Positions 14,216-36,335 are shown, counted from the whole stretch's first letter. The stretch: DNA of 63,389 nucleotides, filler included, from Choristocarpus tenellus KU-1152 (GCA_964200185.2; 7 parts of 7 records of this genome joined end to end with filler, not necessarily neighbours in it), one strand, 5' to 3'. Translations and numbers: made by a program. Notes: generated from the sequence alone by a model not told the origin.

Positions 14216-16439
14216 CAATAGCATCCCTTGGGCCTTCATATGTGTAAGTAGGGGACACAGCACAAAAAGCAACATTTAGATCAATGAAATGGAATGATAG
14301 TGAATGGACCAACAGCAGTGTTACAAACTCAATGCTTGGTGAGGACAAATTAAAATCAGCTCAAATCATTACATGCAAGGTGTGCAAGGTATTGAGGGGG
14401 TGGGGGAGCACAGTTCATACTCATGCAAGAAAATAAATCAATTGACACATTTCCCCTCAATCTTTGAATTCAGTTATTCTCAATTTTAGCAAACTGCAGT
14501 GATAGGAACCATTCGCCACGCCTGCCAATAGTCAATAGGACACATTTGCTAAAAAGCATAGTATCTCCCCAACCCGCTATTCATAAATCTTGGCATAACA
14601 AAAGGTCCATGCTTACTTTCAGTATCTCCAGCCAAAAGAGCATCATGTCCCAGTTGACCCACAGCTTAGCACGGTTGCTGCAAAGCCCCTCCTTGCCCCA
14701 CAGCGCCTCTGAAATTTGTTGGAATAGCTCAGGAACAGTCAGGGATGATCCGTCCTCATCCCCCCAGCTCTGGAGTCGCAACCGTAGCAGACGAGGTACT
14801 GAGAAGAGCTCCAGTAAGATCTGCTTACGCATTTTGGACACCTGAAAAGCACAAAATCAAACAAACAAAAACCTCTGAGAACTGACCAATGAGAAAACAG
14901 TTCCAGAATCACCCATGGCATGTACATGTCACATACATGTAGTTAATTAAGTTCATTGAATCCATTCGGAGAGAAATTAACCTTGACCAAGGCCAGGATG
15001 TCCCATTGAGTACATAGCAAAAGCACCATCCACAAGGCGACAGCAGCTTGGTAAATTCTTACCTTGAGCAAATACTCATCAGCTCCTCATCGAAATCGAG
15101 ACCAGGGAGCAGGCTGTGGTCTATTCACTTGAAATATATATATATATATATATATTAATGTTGTCATGTGATTGGAGATCTTCACATGGGTACAACAATC
15201 ATGCTTTGCTAAGATACACGGGGAGTGTCCATTTCCCATAACCCAAAAAACACCACTTAAACACACGTAAGTGGTGTTTTCTAGACAAGCACCCTCTGTG
15301 GGATCCAATTTGAAGTCCTCACCCATATATTTCCAAGGTGATTCTTACACAACAAGGAATACTTCAAACGTTCTAACCCTAAACTCAGAAGGATATAGTC
15401 CTCACCATGCTATTGGCAGCAGCAGCAACAGTATTTTTGTTACCTGGGGTAGGTAGCCTATATCGATATTTACATGTATAGGACATCATTAGATTTGGAG
15501 CTACTTCATAAAACAGTATGAAGAGACTCTGTAAGCAATCCAAGTCCTTAAGTTGATAACAAGTGCATTTTCATTGCTACGTCTGGTGTCCAGTACGGAG
15601 GTTTGATCAAGCCTGATCTGAAGCAACACGCCTACCCTTGCTTTAGAAACCTGCTCAGTCTTGTGTGAAGAGTTGGAGTATTCACTATTCAATATTCAAG
15701 TCGGTGTGCTAGGTTTTGGTGGGACTCTTTCCCAAGATAAGGGGGATTGATGTTGGCATATGGAGTTTGGAAAGGGGAGAAGGAGACTATTAAAATAACA
15801 AAACCGTTCTTGATCAAAACTAAGAACAAAATCATCCTCTCCCACCACATGACTGGTGAGTTGTACGTTGTATTGTATCACCCATACAAGGGCCAATCAT
15901 GACAAAAAGATAAAGGTAAGACAACAATGGACATAAACAGAACACAGCCCCCTTTTATTAACAATGGACATCCCAAGCCCTCCTTCACATCTACCCTAAC
16001 CCTACCAATTGTAACTCCACTCCCTAACCCTCAGAAAGAGATACCATCTCCCCTACTATCCCTCAGAGATCACACACACTCACCTTATCCAGAACATCAT
16101 ATGGCTCCACAGCATAGCAGTACTGTGTTAGCCCCTCACACTCACCACCCGCCTGCACAAGGTTACTGAGATCCCCCCCTGAGGGCAAGAAGTCTGCCTC
16201 TCCATCCTCCTCATCCCCTGCCAAAATACGACGGATGAGGTCAACTGCCCTGCGCTGACGGGCCCCAGACACAGGAGAAAGGGGCCCCGGGGTAGAGCTG
16301 TCCACTCTCCGCTGCTTAGAAAGTTCAAACCCACCCACATACTTGCTTGCATAAAGCCCTGACAGAAGAACCTTCAGGGAACAGGGGCAGAGTGGAGGAT
16401 GGCAGCCTAAGCATAAAGACTTTTGGGTGGATCAGAGTG

Positions 16440-16474
<35 letters not shown>

Positions 16475-19400
16475 ATGTATGTCCTGTCCTCTTGACTCTT
16501 GCAGAGGCCAGAAAGAATATACAAGATCTGTTGTCAATTGCATACCAAGTACTTCACTACTACACAAAAAGGATAAATAAGGGGGAGGGGGGGGGTGGAA
16601 ATAAACATGTTGTTCAGTGCAAATTTTTGTTTGCTTTGCCAAGTGCCACTTGAAAACTTTTGTTTGGAACCCCAAATTCATGGGTTTATGAATCAGAGAG
16701 GGGCCAGTGCACTCCCACGTGTACCACAGGAGATAAGAGATAAGAGGAAGGGGGAAGGGATTGTGTACATACCACCACCACCACTGGGGAAGGGTTTGAG
16801 GGCAGAGCACAGGGGGAAAGAAGATATCAAAAGGTTGGGGGGGAGTAATGGGCTGATAGATACAGACAGCCAGACAAACGGGTAGAGGGTAATACTCCAA
16901 AAATACTTCACAATAGTCTATAAGCTGCCCCCCTTACACCTCCTTGTGATACTGGTATTTTGATAATGGGGAAGGGGCAAAGGAGGCCATACCTCTCCTC
17001 TCCTTCCACACCTGTGTTAGCAAGGCCCTCTCCCCTTTGAAGTATTTTGTGAAGGTCTCTCCTACTACAACCGAACGCTCCAGTAGCAATGGTCTAACCT
17101 CCGTCACAAGGGTGAGCTGTAATCAAAAAAATATAATGAAAAAAAGGTCAGGGATGTGAGGATGGGGGCAGGGGATGGATAAGGAACATACTATTATTAA
17201 CTAAGAATAATAATATTGAATAATAAATGTGACCAACGTGGGAGGGTGAGAAGGACGGAAAAACTGGCACAACAATGATGATGAAAGGCAACATCAAGGA
17301 CAGCCTTCCCAACCTTTGTAACCTCCACAAGGTACGGTACGCACACCAATTTCTCCCCCACCAATACCTTCAACACAAAACATACAACATATGTGCAGAA
17401 TACAATATGCACATATACCTATACATGCCCATATATCATAGCAGGTCGTATCCCTCCACCCCCTTCACACAAGTCCTAGACCAAGCTACCCCTTGCCAAT
17501 CTCATATGCATGCCTCTGCACCTCTCCCACATCTCTTCCTCCCCTCCCCCCCCCCTCCCCCCCCCTTCTCTCTCTTCTCCAGTAAATTCGTTCATAGCAA
17601 CGAGATAGTCCTAACTCTAAACATGACCCTAACCCTAACCATGACCCTAACCCATCATACATCTAGCCCTAACCCTAACCCTCACCCGGTCCTCAAAAAA
17701 ATCAAGAGGTTCTTCTGACAAGTCAAACGCAGACACCAGAGGGTTCATTCCGTCATAATGAGGACCATCCTCGTCTGATGAGAACGGCATTGCACGGGAT
17801 GCCAGATCAGCCAGGTCCTGATAATTCAAGTTCATTGAAATTAATTCATATTAATTCATATTAATTCATATTAATTCAAGTTCATCTAAATTAATTCATA
17901 TTAATTCATTTACAAAACAGGCAACAACAAAAAAAGCTAAGGAGAGACACATGAAACAATTTATACTAATTATAATAATAATAATCCTAATAATATAAAT
18001 AACATGTATTTTAGTAGTGTAAATCAAATATCAGGAACTCAGCCCACCTCATAATGACTCCAAGAGGTCATTTTGATACTTGCTACATTTGACAAACCCC
18101 ACCAAAACTGACCAGAACTTATCCACCAAGGGGGAGGGAAGGGTTCACATGTATACATATGTAGAGGGTGGTCAAGCATCTCAAAAACATCAGTGAAGGT
18201 TGCATCATCAACACTGTTTTAGGTTTTACCTTGACACAGGGTGGTAATCAGGGCAATAAAGAAAAGCCTAGCAATGGTACCAAGTGAAAAACCTTACAAC
18301 TCTACATAATGCTACAGGCATAGCCCATGGCACTACGGAGCACTCAAAGCCAACAACATGACACACCCAATTCAGCACATTTTCCGGTTGTTTAAGAACA
18401 GCAAAAAATAATTTCTTCATTTTCAGTCATTTTTTATTTCAGCAATGGGGAAAAAAAACAGTATTTTCCTAAGAATTGTAAGGTATTCAGAGTTTGGAAA
18501 TCACGATGTTAATAAACAAATAAAATATATATATTTACCAAAATGACTAAGAAGTTTTGATACAATCACATTGGGATTGTGTAGGCAATCCCTCACTCTC
18601 TCTCTCTCTCTGTCTCATGTGCCTCCCCAACAAAAGAGTACCTATTAAAAAAAATGGTTACCTTCAGGCGGTCCAATCACATTAAATATACATAAATATA
18701 CATAAATATACATACATACATATAGTGTCTATATATATCATACCAAGGTCTTTTCTACATTTTTTCAGCTTTCCTATGTGTGAGTGTGGGGTAGAACATT
18801 CTACTCTAAGTCATCCACAACTCAAGCATCCAACTAATAGGGATGGGTACTCATTGTATCATCTACTAACTAAGCAGCTAAATGGATGCAGGACATAACC
18901 TAACACACCACCAACTATTTATTTTCAGTAAAGATCAAAAGAATATAAATAACTATTATTATTATTATTACTACTACCATAAATAAAACAAAAAGTATCA
19001 TAACCTACTACAATGATACATACCCCTAACCCTAAGTTCATTGAACAACAAAAAAAAAAAAACCAAAAGAACACCGCACACAACGTGTTTCTCTTAACAC
19101 ACACATGTCCAGCAAATGTCCAGCAAATGTCCAGCAAATGACTTCACCTGATGCTGCAGCATGACCTGCTCCCCCTGTACAAGTCCGTAGCCATACTCTA
19201 TAGCCCACATGTCATAATCCCCTACCTTGTGCATAAAGTAGTATCTCTCGGTTGAACCACCTCCTGCTACACTGCACTCCCCATGGAAAATTATTGAGAT
19301 GAACCCAAGGAGTTATATTCAGTTATATTCAGTTATATTCAGTTATATTCAGTTATATTCAGCAGTACAGGCGTGAAAAAGAAGAGAGCGAAGGGAGAGG

Positions 19401-20972
19401 AGAGGGGATGAGAGGGTAGCACTTACAGCCATGGTGAATGTGAAAGTAAAATACTTTGAGGTGGAAAGACTGTGTGGTCAATAGGTGGAAAGAGACGTGA
19501 GACAGTCAGATAACTAATGTGATCTGTGATCTGTGATCTGTGATCTGTGATCTGTGACTATCTCATGTCTTGATGTGTGGAAAGTAACTTAAGTAACTTC
19601 AAGAGGAAGTGAAGGGACATAAGGGACATACCCCCAACAACTAAAAAATAATAAAATGATTGACCACACAGCCCATGGTACATAGTACACAGTACATAGT
19701 ACACAGTACATAGTACACAGTACATAGTACATATTACATAGTCAGTATGAGGTTCACAGCAGCAAACATAGATAACACTACACAAGACCAGGACATGAGT
19801 CAGTTATGTCAGTCAATGAATGAGCATGTTAACTGCAGGATTCAAGGTACAAAAAATACGTAGGTAAGGACATGGGGATGCAGAATGCTACAGGTTGACC
19901 AAAACATACATTGGCAGCAATTGTGAAGCAGGAACAGGTAAAGAACCACATATATTGCAAGAGCTGACAGAGGTGGGATGGGGAGGGGGGATGGCTGTTG
20001 CCATTCAGCAGGTTGAGGAGGAAGAGGGGGGCAAAAACGTTTGGGGGGGGGGGAAGCACGTGTCAAGAGGAAAAAATAATAGGCAATCCATGACACCACC
20101 TTGAGGCAATGTTAACTGGTAGGTAATCCATGACAGATGAAGATAATCCATGTTCTTTGACATAGTCGGCATCTTGTGTCTGTGTAAAGGTGGGCTGAGT
20201 TGACCCTTGGAAGTTGTGACGTAGGCCCAGTGTATGCCCCACCTTGGACCAACAAGGGAAGTAAGACAATATAGAGTGGACATTGTTAGTGTGAAATGCT
20301 CGAGGGGGTGAGATAGAACCAATTGGGCAGAAGGGTGTCTGTGAATGGAACCAGAGAGTGATATTGAACAAGAGAGGGTATGGCGGATCATATAGTGATG
20401 ACTTGAAGTTGCTCTCATCAGAGAATGCACAGTGGTATGCATCAAAAGACTTTAGAGTAAGTCACTTGGTATGCTATTACAGCAAGTAACAACAGAAAGT
20501 ATGTATACTGTAACTGAAACTATTATTATACTATTAATATTATTTTATTAACGTACACATGTAGGGTTAGGGCTATGCAAACACACAGTTGTACAAAAAA
20601 CTTAGTAATAGTGTAAGTTTATTAGGGTGCATAAAATAATTGCATGGTAGCAATGAGAAATAAAGACATTGAGCACACTGGCAAACAAGCCAAGTAACTT
20701 AGTAAATGAAGCATAAGCATGTTACATGCAGATGCCCAAAAAGGGTGGGGTGGGTTGTGGAGAGAGAGCTTAGAGGTTGCAGGTGGGTTGAAGGGTGGTG
20801 GGTTGTGTACCTACATGTGCAGGACAAAAGATCATGTTCCCCAAGGTTACATCAGGTCAATGCAGGTCAATGTGAGCTTTGGCCACACTCTTTAGGGGAT
20901 AAAACAATTTTTTCTTATCATCAAAAACAGAGTGGAGGGGTTGATCAATTGTTGTTATGTAGATTACATCAC

Positions 20973-21012
<40 letters not shown>

Positions 21013-22073
21013 TAATAATAATAGTATAATAATAATAGCAATAATAACAATAATAATAATAATAACAACAATAATTGACATTTATCATACATCATCATAA
21101 CCTAATAATAACCCTACAGCATAATCAGTTTCTCTCACAATGGTCAGATAAAATCACCCATTTTTGTTGCATTCCTTCCCATCTATATGCTGTGTCATGG
21201 TTGCATGGACCTAATATGAATAGACATAAAACAAGAACTTAGCTCATCCTGAGGAATACAAATTGGTTAAACAATTAATGATATTATAGGTATAGGTATG
21301 GCAGGGGGGGATAAGAGGTATGGTCAAGGTATAAACTAACTGTCCCATGCATGTTCCTCCAAGTCTGCGATTCATTGCATTATTTTTATTATTTTTATGA
21401 CCATTGTTGCCTTTCTCAAGCAGTGTGTATTGCCTCCTTTGGACTATATTTTCAACCACAGATCTGGGACCCCTTGGACTAATGCAAATAAATTAGTAAT
21501 AGTTACAGTTACAGGATTACTAAATACAACAATAATAATACATGGAAATACTCTAAACAATACATAGTAACACTCTATGCCTATTCTCACCCAGCCCCGA
21601 CAAGCTGCAAGCCATACCCTGTCTGCACTACCAAAGCAATCCAGTCAATCCCCCCCTCTCTCCTTCCGCCAATCCCAATAAGAAGAAAATAAAAAATATT
21701 ATCTATGATTGTCACTCATTTTATCACTGTCACCACATAACCTACACTCACCACCCCTAACCATTTTTACAACCACCATCGTATTCTACACCAACTCATT
21801 CAGCCAATCAGTGCCCCCCTCCACCCTCCCCACCCCAAACCCACAACCCACAAAAAAACTAAACCACAAAAACTCTCCCTGACTCACCTCATGCATGGTA
21901 ACATCTGTTATACCAGCTGCCAAAATCTCATCCATGGCTGCCTTTTCTGCTTCAACAACACCACCACCTCCTACTTCTCCACTACCACCATCTCCTACAC
22001 CTAACTGACGCCTCCACAAGACAGCTTTAGTAGCTAGCCCCACCAAGGAGGCACTAGCATCCATCAAACGCGC
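13409..22073 (-). CDS. Zinc-dependent met-zincin metalloprotease, EcxA/DUF4953-like; partial, multi-exon
   Basis: Minus-strand exons 22073-21888, 20242-20100, 19271-19148, 17817-17686, 17116-17012, 16371-16084, 14841-14617 and probably ~13596-13409 (less certain). Spliced protein contains TMHE|VGHTLGLRHNFQGS, SSSVMDYLPVN (Met-turn), GDYDMWAIEYGY, FSSDED...PLVSAFDLSEEPL, YASKYVGG and PRLLRL...LTVPELFQQISEALW. Confidence 0.85.
14950..15500 (-). pseudogene. Possible decayed Penelope-like reverse transcriptase remnant in a met-zincin intron
   Basis: Broken frames give NTTYVCLSGVFWVMGNGHSPCILAK (like the PLE GxxMGxPxSP motif) followed by RLVDGAFA (like RYVDD). Many stops and frameshifts. Confidence 0.3.
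20973..21075. repeat. (TAA/CAA)n microsatellite
   Basis: Long ATAATAATA/ACA run. Confidence 0.95.
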
Positions 22074-22813
22074 CTACTCTCTCCCACATACATACATACC
22101 ATGAATGGAAAAGCACCAGGAAGAGTGGTAAGTGGGGAGTTAGTGCAGTAGTAGTTCTCATGTTGTCAAACTCCTCCAAACTAGTGAGGAAGCTTGCTCT
22201 AGTTTGAAGGAGGATCAAATCATTTCCTGTGTATGTTTAAATCAAATCATTTCCAAAAAAAAAAAGAGGTAAGTTTGAACATTAAAAAAAGTAAACTGGG
22301 ATGCTATGCTCCGTAGCATGCAGAGTTCCTCCACATTGGTATTACCACATAGTGCATTACATCCACCCTCTATAATAATTTGGAAAGAGCTTCAACACAT
22401 TGTCTCTTTTTGCTGAGGGATCCATTTGTCAATATGCACACCCCTATTATCACCTATATCCCAATCACAGTGCATTATACACCCCCTTAGAGAGGCTCAT
22501 GGCGCCACAGCATTAGAGTAAACACATTTCTCTCCCTAGGTCAAAATAAATAATAAAAACTAATGTAACACAACAATAAGAACAATAAACACCTTCTTGC
22601 CGCAACAGTCAACCCTAACCCTAAGTCAAACATGTCAATGCAATTGATTGCCACTGTACCTCCTGACAAGCCCCATGCGGGTGATAGCGAAGGCTCCCAC
22701 TTCCCCCAACCACCCGCCCTGTACCCTCCATTACTGCCTTCAGAGGTGATCCATGTCCTCCTCCCTCCTTACCCCCCCCCCCCCCACTTAGTTGGGGGGG
22801 TCCCCCCTGTGGC

Positions 22814-22913
22814 NNNNNNNNNNNNNNNNNNNNNNNNNNNNNNNNNNNNNNNNNNNNTTAATTAATTAANNNNNNNNNNNNNNNNNNNNNNNNNNNNNNN
22901 NNNNNNNNNNNNN
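22814..22913. other. Artificial contig linker
   Basis: N44-TTAATTAATTAA-N44. Confidence 0.98.
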
Positions 22914-23008
22914 TGATGGGATGTGTCGAATGGATAATGTAAGTGCCCTTTTCCTGGTAAAGGGACCCCCCGGTATAGACTCCCCCCCCCCCCCAGATAC
23001 TTTGAGCC
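22914..23008. mobile_element. Partial MITE copy at contig start
   Basis: ATGGATAATGTAAGTGC...CCCCAGATACTTTGAGCC terminal repeat. Confidence 0.75.
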
Positions 23009-23394
23009 TACTACAGTTTGTACAGGATGTAAACATACAACTCTCAATCAGAGGGGAGAAAGGGGGAGAGAGCACATGGCGACCAACAAGGGACAACCTT
23101 GTTAGCAACCAACCTCAAGGGGAGGAAAAGGCTCCATGCTTGCACCGTTCCAAAGACGTGAAAGACGTGCAACCTAGACTTGGGGCAAGGCTTCAATTGG
23201 GGAGAACTTTGCTACTTCAAGTTCAAATTTTTGTTTTACAGTATAATACAAGTACAATCAAGGATCAATTTCAAACACTTAAAATGAGGCTGTGCAGTAT
23301 TCACACGAAGATAAACCATAGTACATAGATACAAAAAAAACAAAAAAAAAAACACACACACACACGCACACAACAAAGTCAATGCACGTCTTAC

Positions 23395-32485
<9,091 letters not shown>

Positions 32486-32761
32486 AACTGGACTTGAAAT
32501 TTATACAATCGTGATTTCTTTTGCTGCAACCTTTACGTCAGCACGAGCCTACAGAGGTTGTGGTGCCCAAGTAATCGCTGGCACTTCTTTCTGTCACTCT
32601 CAGAAGACCAATTCACCTCGTTTGTAGGTGTGGAATTTGTGTTGATACCAAGTTCCCTCTACACCAGCAATTCAAATTTTGGAGGATTCCATTTTCTTTT
32701 TCATGAGTCAGTATACTTACCTCCAGAGGTGCATAGAGGTTAGAATTAAGAAGTATATATT

Positions 32762-32999
32762 TTATTATTATGCCCTCTGACATTTTGTAGATGTGTGAGG
32801 AAACCAATGTGTCAGGGGAAACCAATGAAAACAATATATATATATGTGTATATAAAATGTCCTCAACAATATGAATACTTTTATATACACATATGTGTAT
32901 AGTTTTCATTGGTTTTCCCCTGACACATCTGCAAAATGTCAGAGGGCATAATAATATATATATGACTACTATAATGTCAGAGGGCATACAATAATAAAT
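32762..32999. repeat. Fold-back (inverted) pair of ~75-bp repeats ending in (TAA)n, upstream of CTPS
   Basis: Left arm TATTATTATGCCCTCTGACATTTTG...CAGGGGAAACCAATGAAAAC is the reverse complement of right arm GTTTTCATTGGTTTTCCCCTGACACATCTGCAAAATGTCAGAGGGCATAATAATA. The same arm occurs three times in 45085-45727. Confidence 0.85.
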
Positions 33000-33168
33000 A
33001 TGAATACTACTGTGGAAAGCATGTTTGTCTGTTATTATACCGTTATACCGTGGTACCGAGTGAGGTTCCCAGTCAAGAGTCCATGGTTTCACTGACGGAG
33101 TGAAAGTATCTTAGAGGGTACGAGTTTTGCCCTATTTGTCCATTTGGGGCTTGGCTTCCCATGTGTTT

Positions 33169-33268
33169 NNNNNNNNNNNNNNNNNNNNNNNNNNNNNNNN
33201 NNNNNNNNNNNNTTAATTAATTAANNNNNNNNNNNNNNNNNNNNNNNNNNNNNNNNNNNNNNNNNNNN
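33169..33268. other. Artificial contig linker
   Basis: N44-TTAATTAATTAA-N44. Confidence 0.98.
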
Positions 33269-33439
33269 CCCCCATTCCCTCAAAAAGATGTGAGGTCCCT
33301 TCGTGCAGCCGAAATTAAAAATGAGAAAAAAGAAGAAGCAACATAATTCTTGGCCGTCTATGTGGGCTTTTCACTAGAGTCCTAAAATGATTTCCCTAAC
33401 CCTTCATGTCTAGAAACAAGGACTCGCTCCACGACAATC

Positions 33440-34080
33440 AGATCGGAGAGATCACAGAGGTAGGTAGGTGCCTTACACGCAAACAGAGGGTTCTTTCTGT
33501 TCATGGGTTTCAATACAGGAATGGATTCAATGCAGGAATGGATGACGCTCGCTCACTCGCTTGCATAACCAAGAAAACCTGATGTTTGGGAGCTTGCAGC
33601 CGAGAAAGAAGAGGAAGAGGTGGGAAAGATAGGGGAAAGATCTGCAACAACAAAAGAACCCCGGTGGTTGCACTTCCAAGACGACCCTCGGATTTTCAGG
33701 ATCCCAGCAGAAGAGCGGGTAAACACTTGCAGGAGACCCCAACGAGGTGAATGCAAAGATGCGCAGAGCATGCATGGAGCCAGCCAAGACGGACGCAAGA
33801 CAGACGCTCTTGTGGGCGCATGGCGCGCTGCTATAGAGGCTTATCGCAAACACAAAAGTGGCCGCAGCTGGCAGTTACACTTGAGTCACCGACTCATGAG
33901 CCTCGGGATGGAAACGGAATCTGATCTGGGATACCTCCATCGGTATTGGCGGCAGCATCTCCGTGTTACAGATGGGTGTACAAGACTGGACTTTGAATTT
34001 TTACTTTTGATGCGTGACTGTGACCGTGAGATCATGGGTGCTCGCTCCTCCTCGGACCAGCGGTCCTTAATAACGACCGG
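33440..34080 (+). pseudogene. Probable decayed RTE-like non-LTR retrotransposon 3' region in DHFR-TS intron 1
   Basis: Frameshifted peptides NLMFGSLQPRKKRKR and KEPRWLHFQDDPRIFRIP resemble the RTE C-terminal pattern PKxxMFGxL...RWxxxLxDDLRxFxI. Confidence 0.4.
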
Positions 34081-35223
34081 GCCAATTTATTTCTTCCAAA
34101 AAACAAATATATATATATATATATTTATATTCTTTTTCTTCCTGCACTTCTCGACTCTTTGCCTCTCGTCAGTTACGTAATTCTCTTTTTCTATTTCTTT
34201 TTTTGCTGTCCTTCCGTACCGCCTTCCCGAAAAAGGGTGTGTGTATATATATATACATACATATATACATACTAACCACAATCGAACTCATGCGCGTTAA
34301 TCAATCAATCAATCGATCAGTCAGCCAGCCAGTCAGTCAGTCAGTCAGTCGGGTGAGTAAACTAGTTCGTCACAACTCTATTCCTGGCTCTTTATTGTAG
34401 GGTTTACAAGCAAAAAGGCAGCCGTATCATGTCGACTTCAAACCATACTTCTACTCTTAAGCTCTTAAGACCATAGGACATATTTACGCCACTCTCAACT
34501 CTTAAGACTCAAATCGGCGATTCTTCTAAACCCGCGGCAAGTTTTGCTCGGCTCGGTGGGGCACAAGTGCGGGGAGAACAGTTCGGGGACCTGCAATACA
34601 ACCATGGTTACACCGCCTGCCAATAATGTGTACTCATTTACGTATTTCGCCCTCGAAGCACCTACCAACCAACCGGCGTATTCGGTTATGGTCGCTTATA
34701 TCCCTGATTTTGATTCAATTTTCTGCCTGACAGTGGTCAAAATTCAAGCACGCAATGCACACATAGGCTGGACACCATCTGATGAGTTGTAGTTTCGAGA
34801 ACTTGTTCCATGGGGTCCCTGCCCTTCGGGCATATCGAATTACTCTTTATGTTCCTCCGCCACATCCCTTGCCTCTTATGATCACATGTCGATCGAACAA
34901 AAGCCTAAACGGACCTAACGTATTCAGGCTCGTACAGGAAGGTCGGACATGGCTTGCACCATGTAAATAAGGTCGATGATAACCATTCCTATGCATTTAA
35001 TGTTCAAAGGATACACAGGGATTGCTTTCACGTACCAAATTGTACATGTGTCGGAGGGAGGGCAGGAGGAATAGGCTCGCTGATAAACATCATTTGGTGA
35101 TCATGGAGGTACTCTAACTTCCTGTCCTGACCTCGTGTACTTGCAGTACTTGCAGTTGTACAGAAACATAGATCACTAATAACCTAGAAACCATCAACCC
35201 AAGGCAATCAATCATAAGCTCAC

Positions 35224-36335
35224 CCATCGAGGAATTCCCTGGAGCCATTGCCGTCCCAGATATGGATGCCTCGTTCCCGAAGCATGTTGGCGTTGGTGCA
35301 GCCCGAGACGAACCACAGGAGCTCCTCCGCCACGCCCCTCCAGAACACCCGTTTGGTGGTAAGCAGCGGGAATTTCCCCTTTCGGAGGTTGAAGCGCATC
35401 TGCACCCCAAACTTCGAGAGTGTTCCAGTACCCGTGCGGTCGCCCCGCCGCGAGCCCATCTCAATAATTTCCTTCACTAGGCGAAGGTATTGCATCTCCT
35501 CTTCATTACTCTCTTCGTCTCCATCGTGTTCTGTGCCCTCTTCTGACGCCTCTACCGTGATATCACCATTCAAGTTCTCCTCCGTTAGTGCTTTTTTTGT
35601 AGACCTGCTAGATACAGGTGGATGACTTTCCGAGCAAGACCCCAATCCCCCATTCTCTATATCTGCAACAGAGAAACGATTTGTGCCAGCTCCAACTGGG
35701 TTTTCCACAGCTGCTCTGGCCGTCAAACCCACTGTTGTCGTGAAATCTGCTTCTTTGTCCTTACCCTTGATCCTCTCATATTCATCGAAGGAGAATTCAA
35801 CTCCCCCATTTTCCTGCGGCTCGCCCGACTTGACCAGTCGATATATGTCGGGGTTGATGGCAGGAAAAAATGTATCGCAATCGTCGAACTTGTCCGAGCG
35901 AATGGAGGTGACCAGAATTCCACGGCACAAATCTGATGTAATAGCTTCCCGGTATATATCACCCCCACCAATCACGAAAACCTTATCGATTCCTGTGTTG
36001 TGCGGGTCTTCTGAGAGCATATCTAGGGCTTCCCCAAGGCTAGTCGCCACGAGAACGTTTGGCAGATGAAGAGCTTGCCTTGCTTCTGGATTTCGACTGA
36101 GGACTACATTCAAGCGACCCGCTAGAGGTCGAAAACTCACTGGGATTGACTGCCACGTTTTCCGACCCATGATGACCGCGTTAGCCTTGTTCGCAGGGCA
36201 GTCCAATGTAACCCTTTTGAAGTAGGCCATGTCTGAGGCTAGCTTCCATGGCAATGCACCGTTCTTTCCTATGCCCAAAGACCCAGCGGTGGCAGCTACA
36301 ATCACAACGAAGGACCGAGCGGAGGAGGAAGCCAT
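35224..36335 (-). CDS. DHFR-TS: Bifunctional dihydrofolate reductase-thymidylate synthase, exon 1 (3'-partial)
   Basis: DHFR motifs [54 protein letters not shown]; TS motifs [51 protein letters not shown]. Donor GG|GTGAGC at 35224/35223. Remaining TS exons were not found on this contig. Confidence 0.97.

Noticed and set aside
16325-17718. 191-aa and 147-aa ORFs
   Set aside because: Low-complexity intronic sequence of the met-zincin gene, containing microsatellite and telomeric translations.
35114-36069. Several overlapping ORFs across DHFR-TS
   Set aside because: Shadow frames of a GC-rich coding exon.
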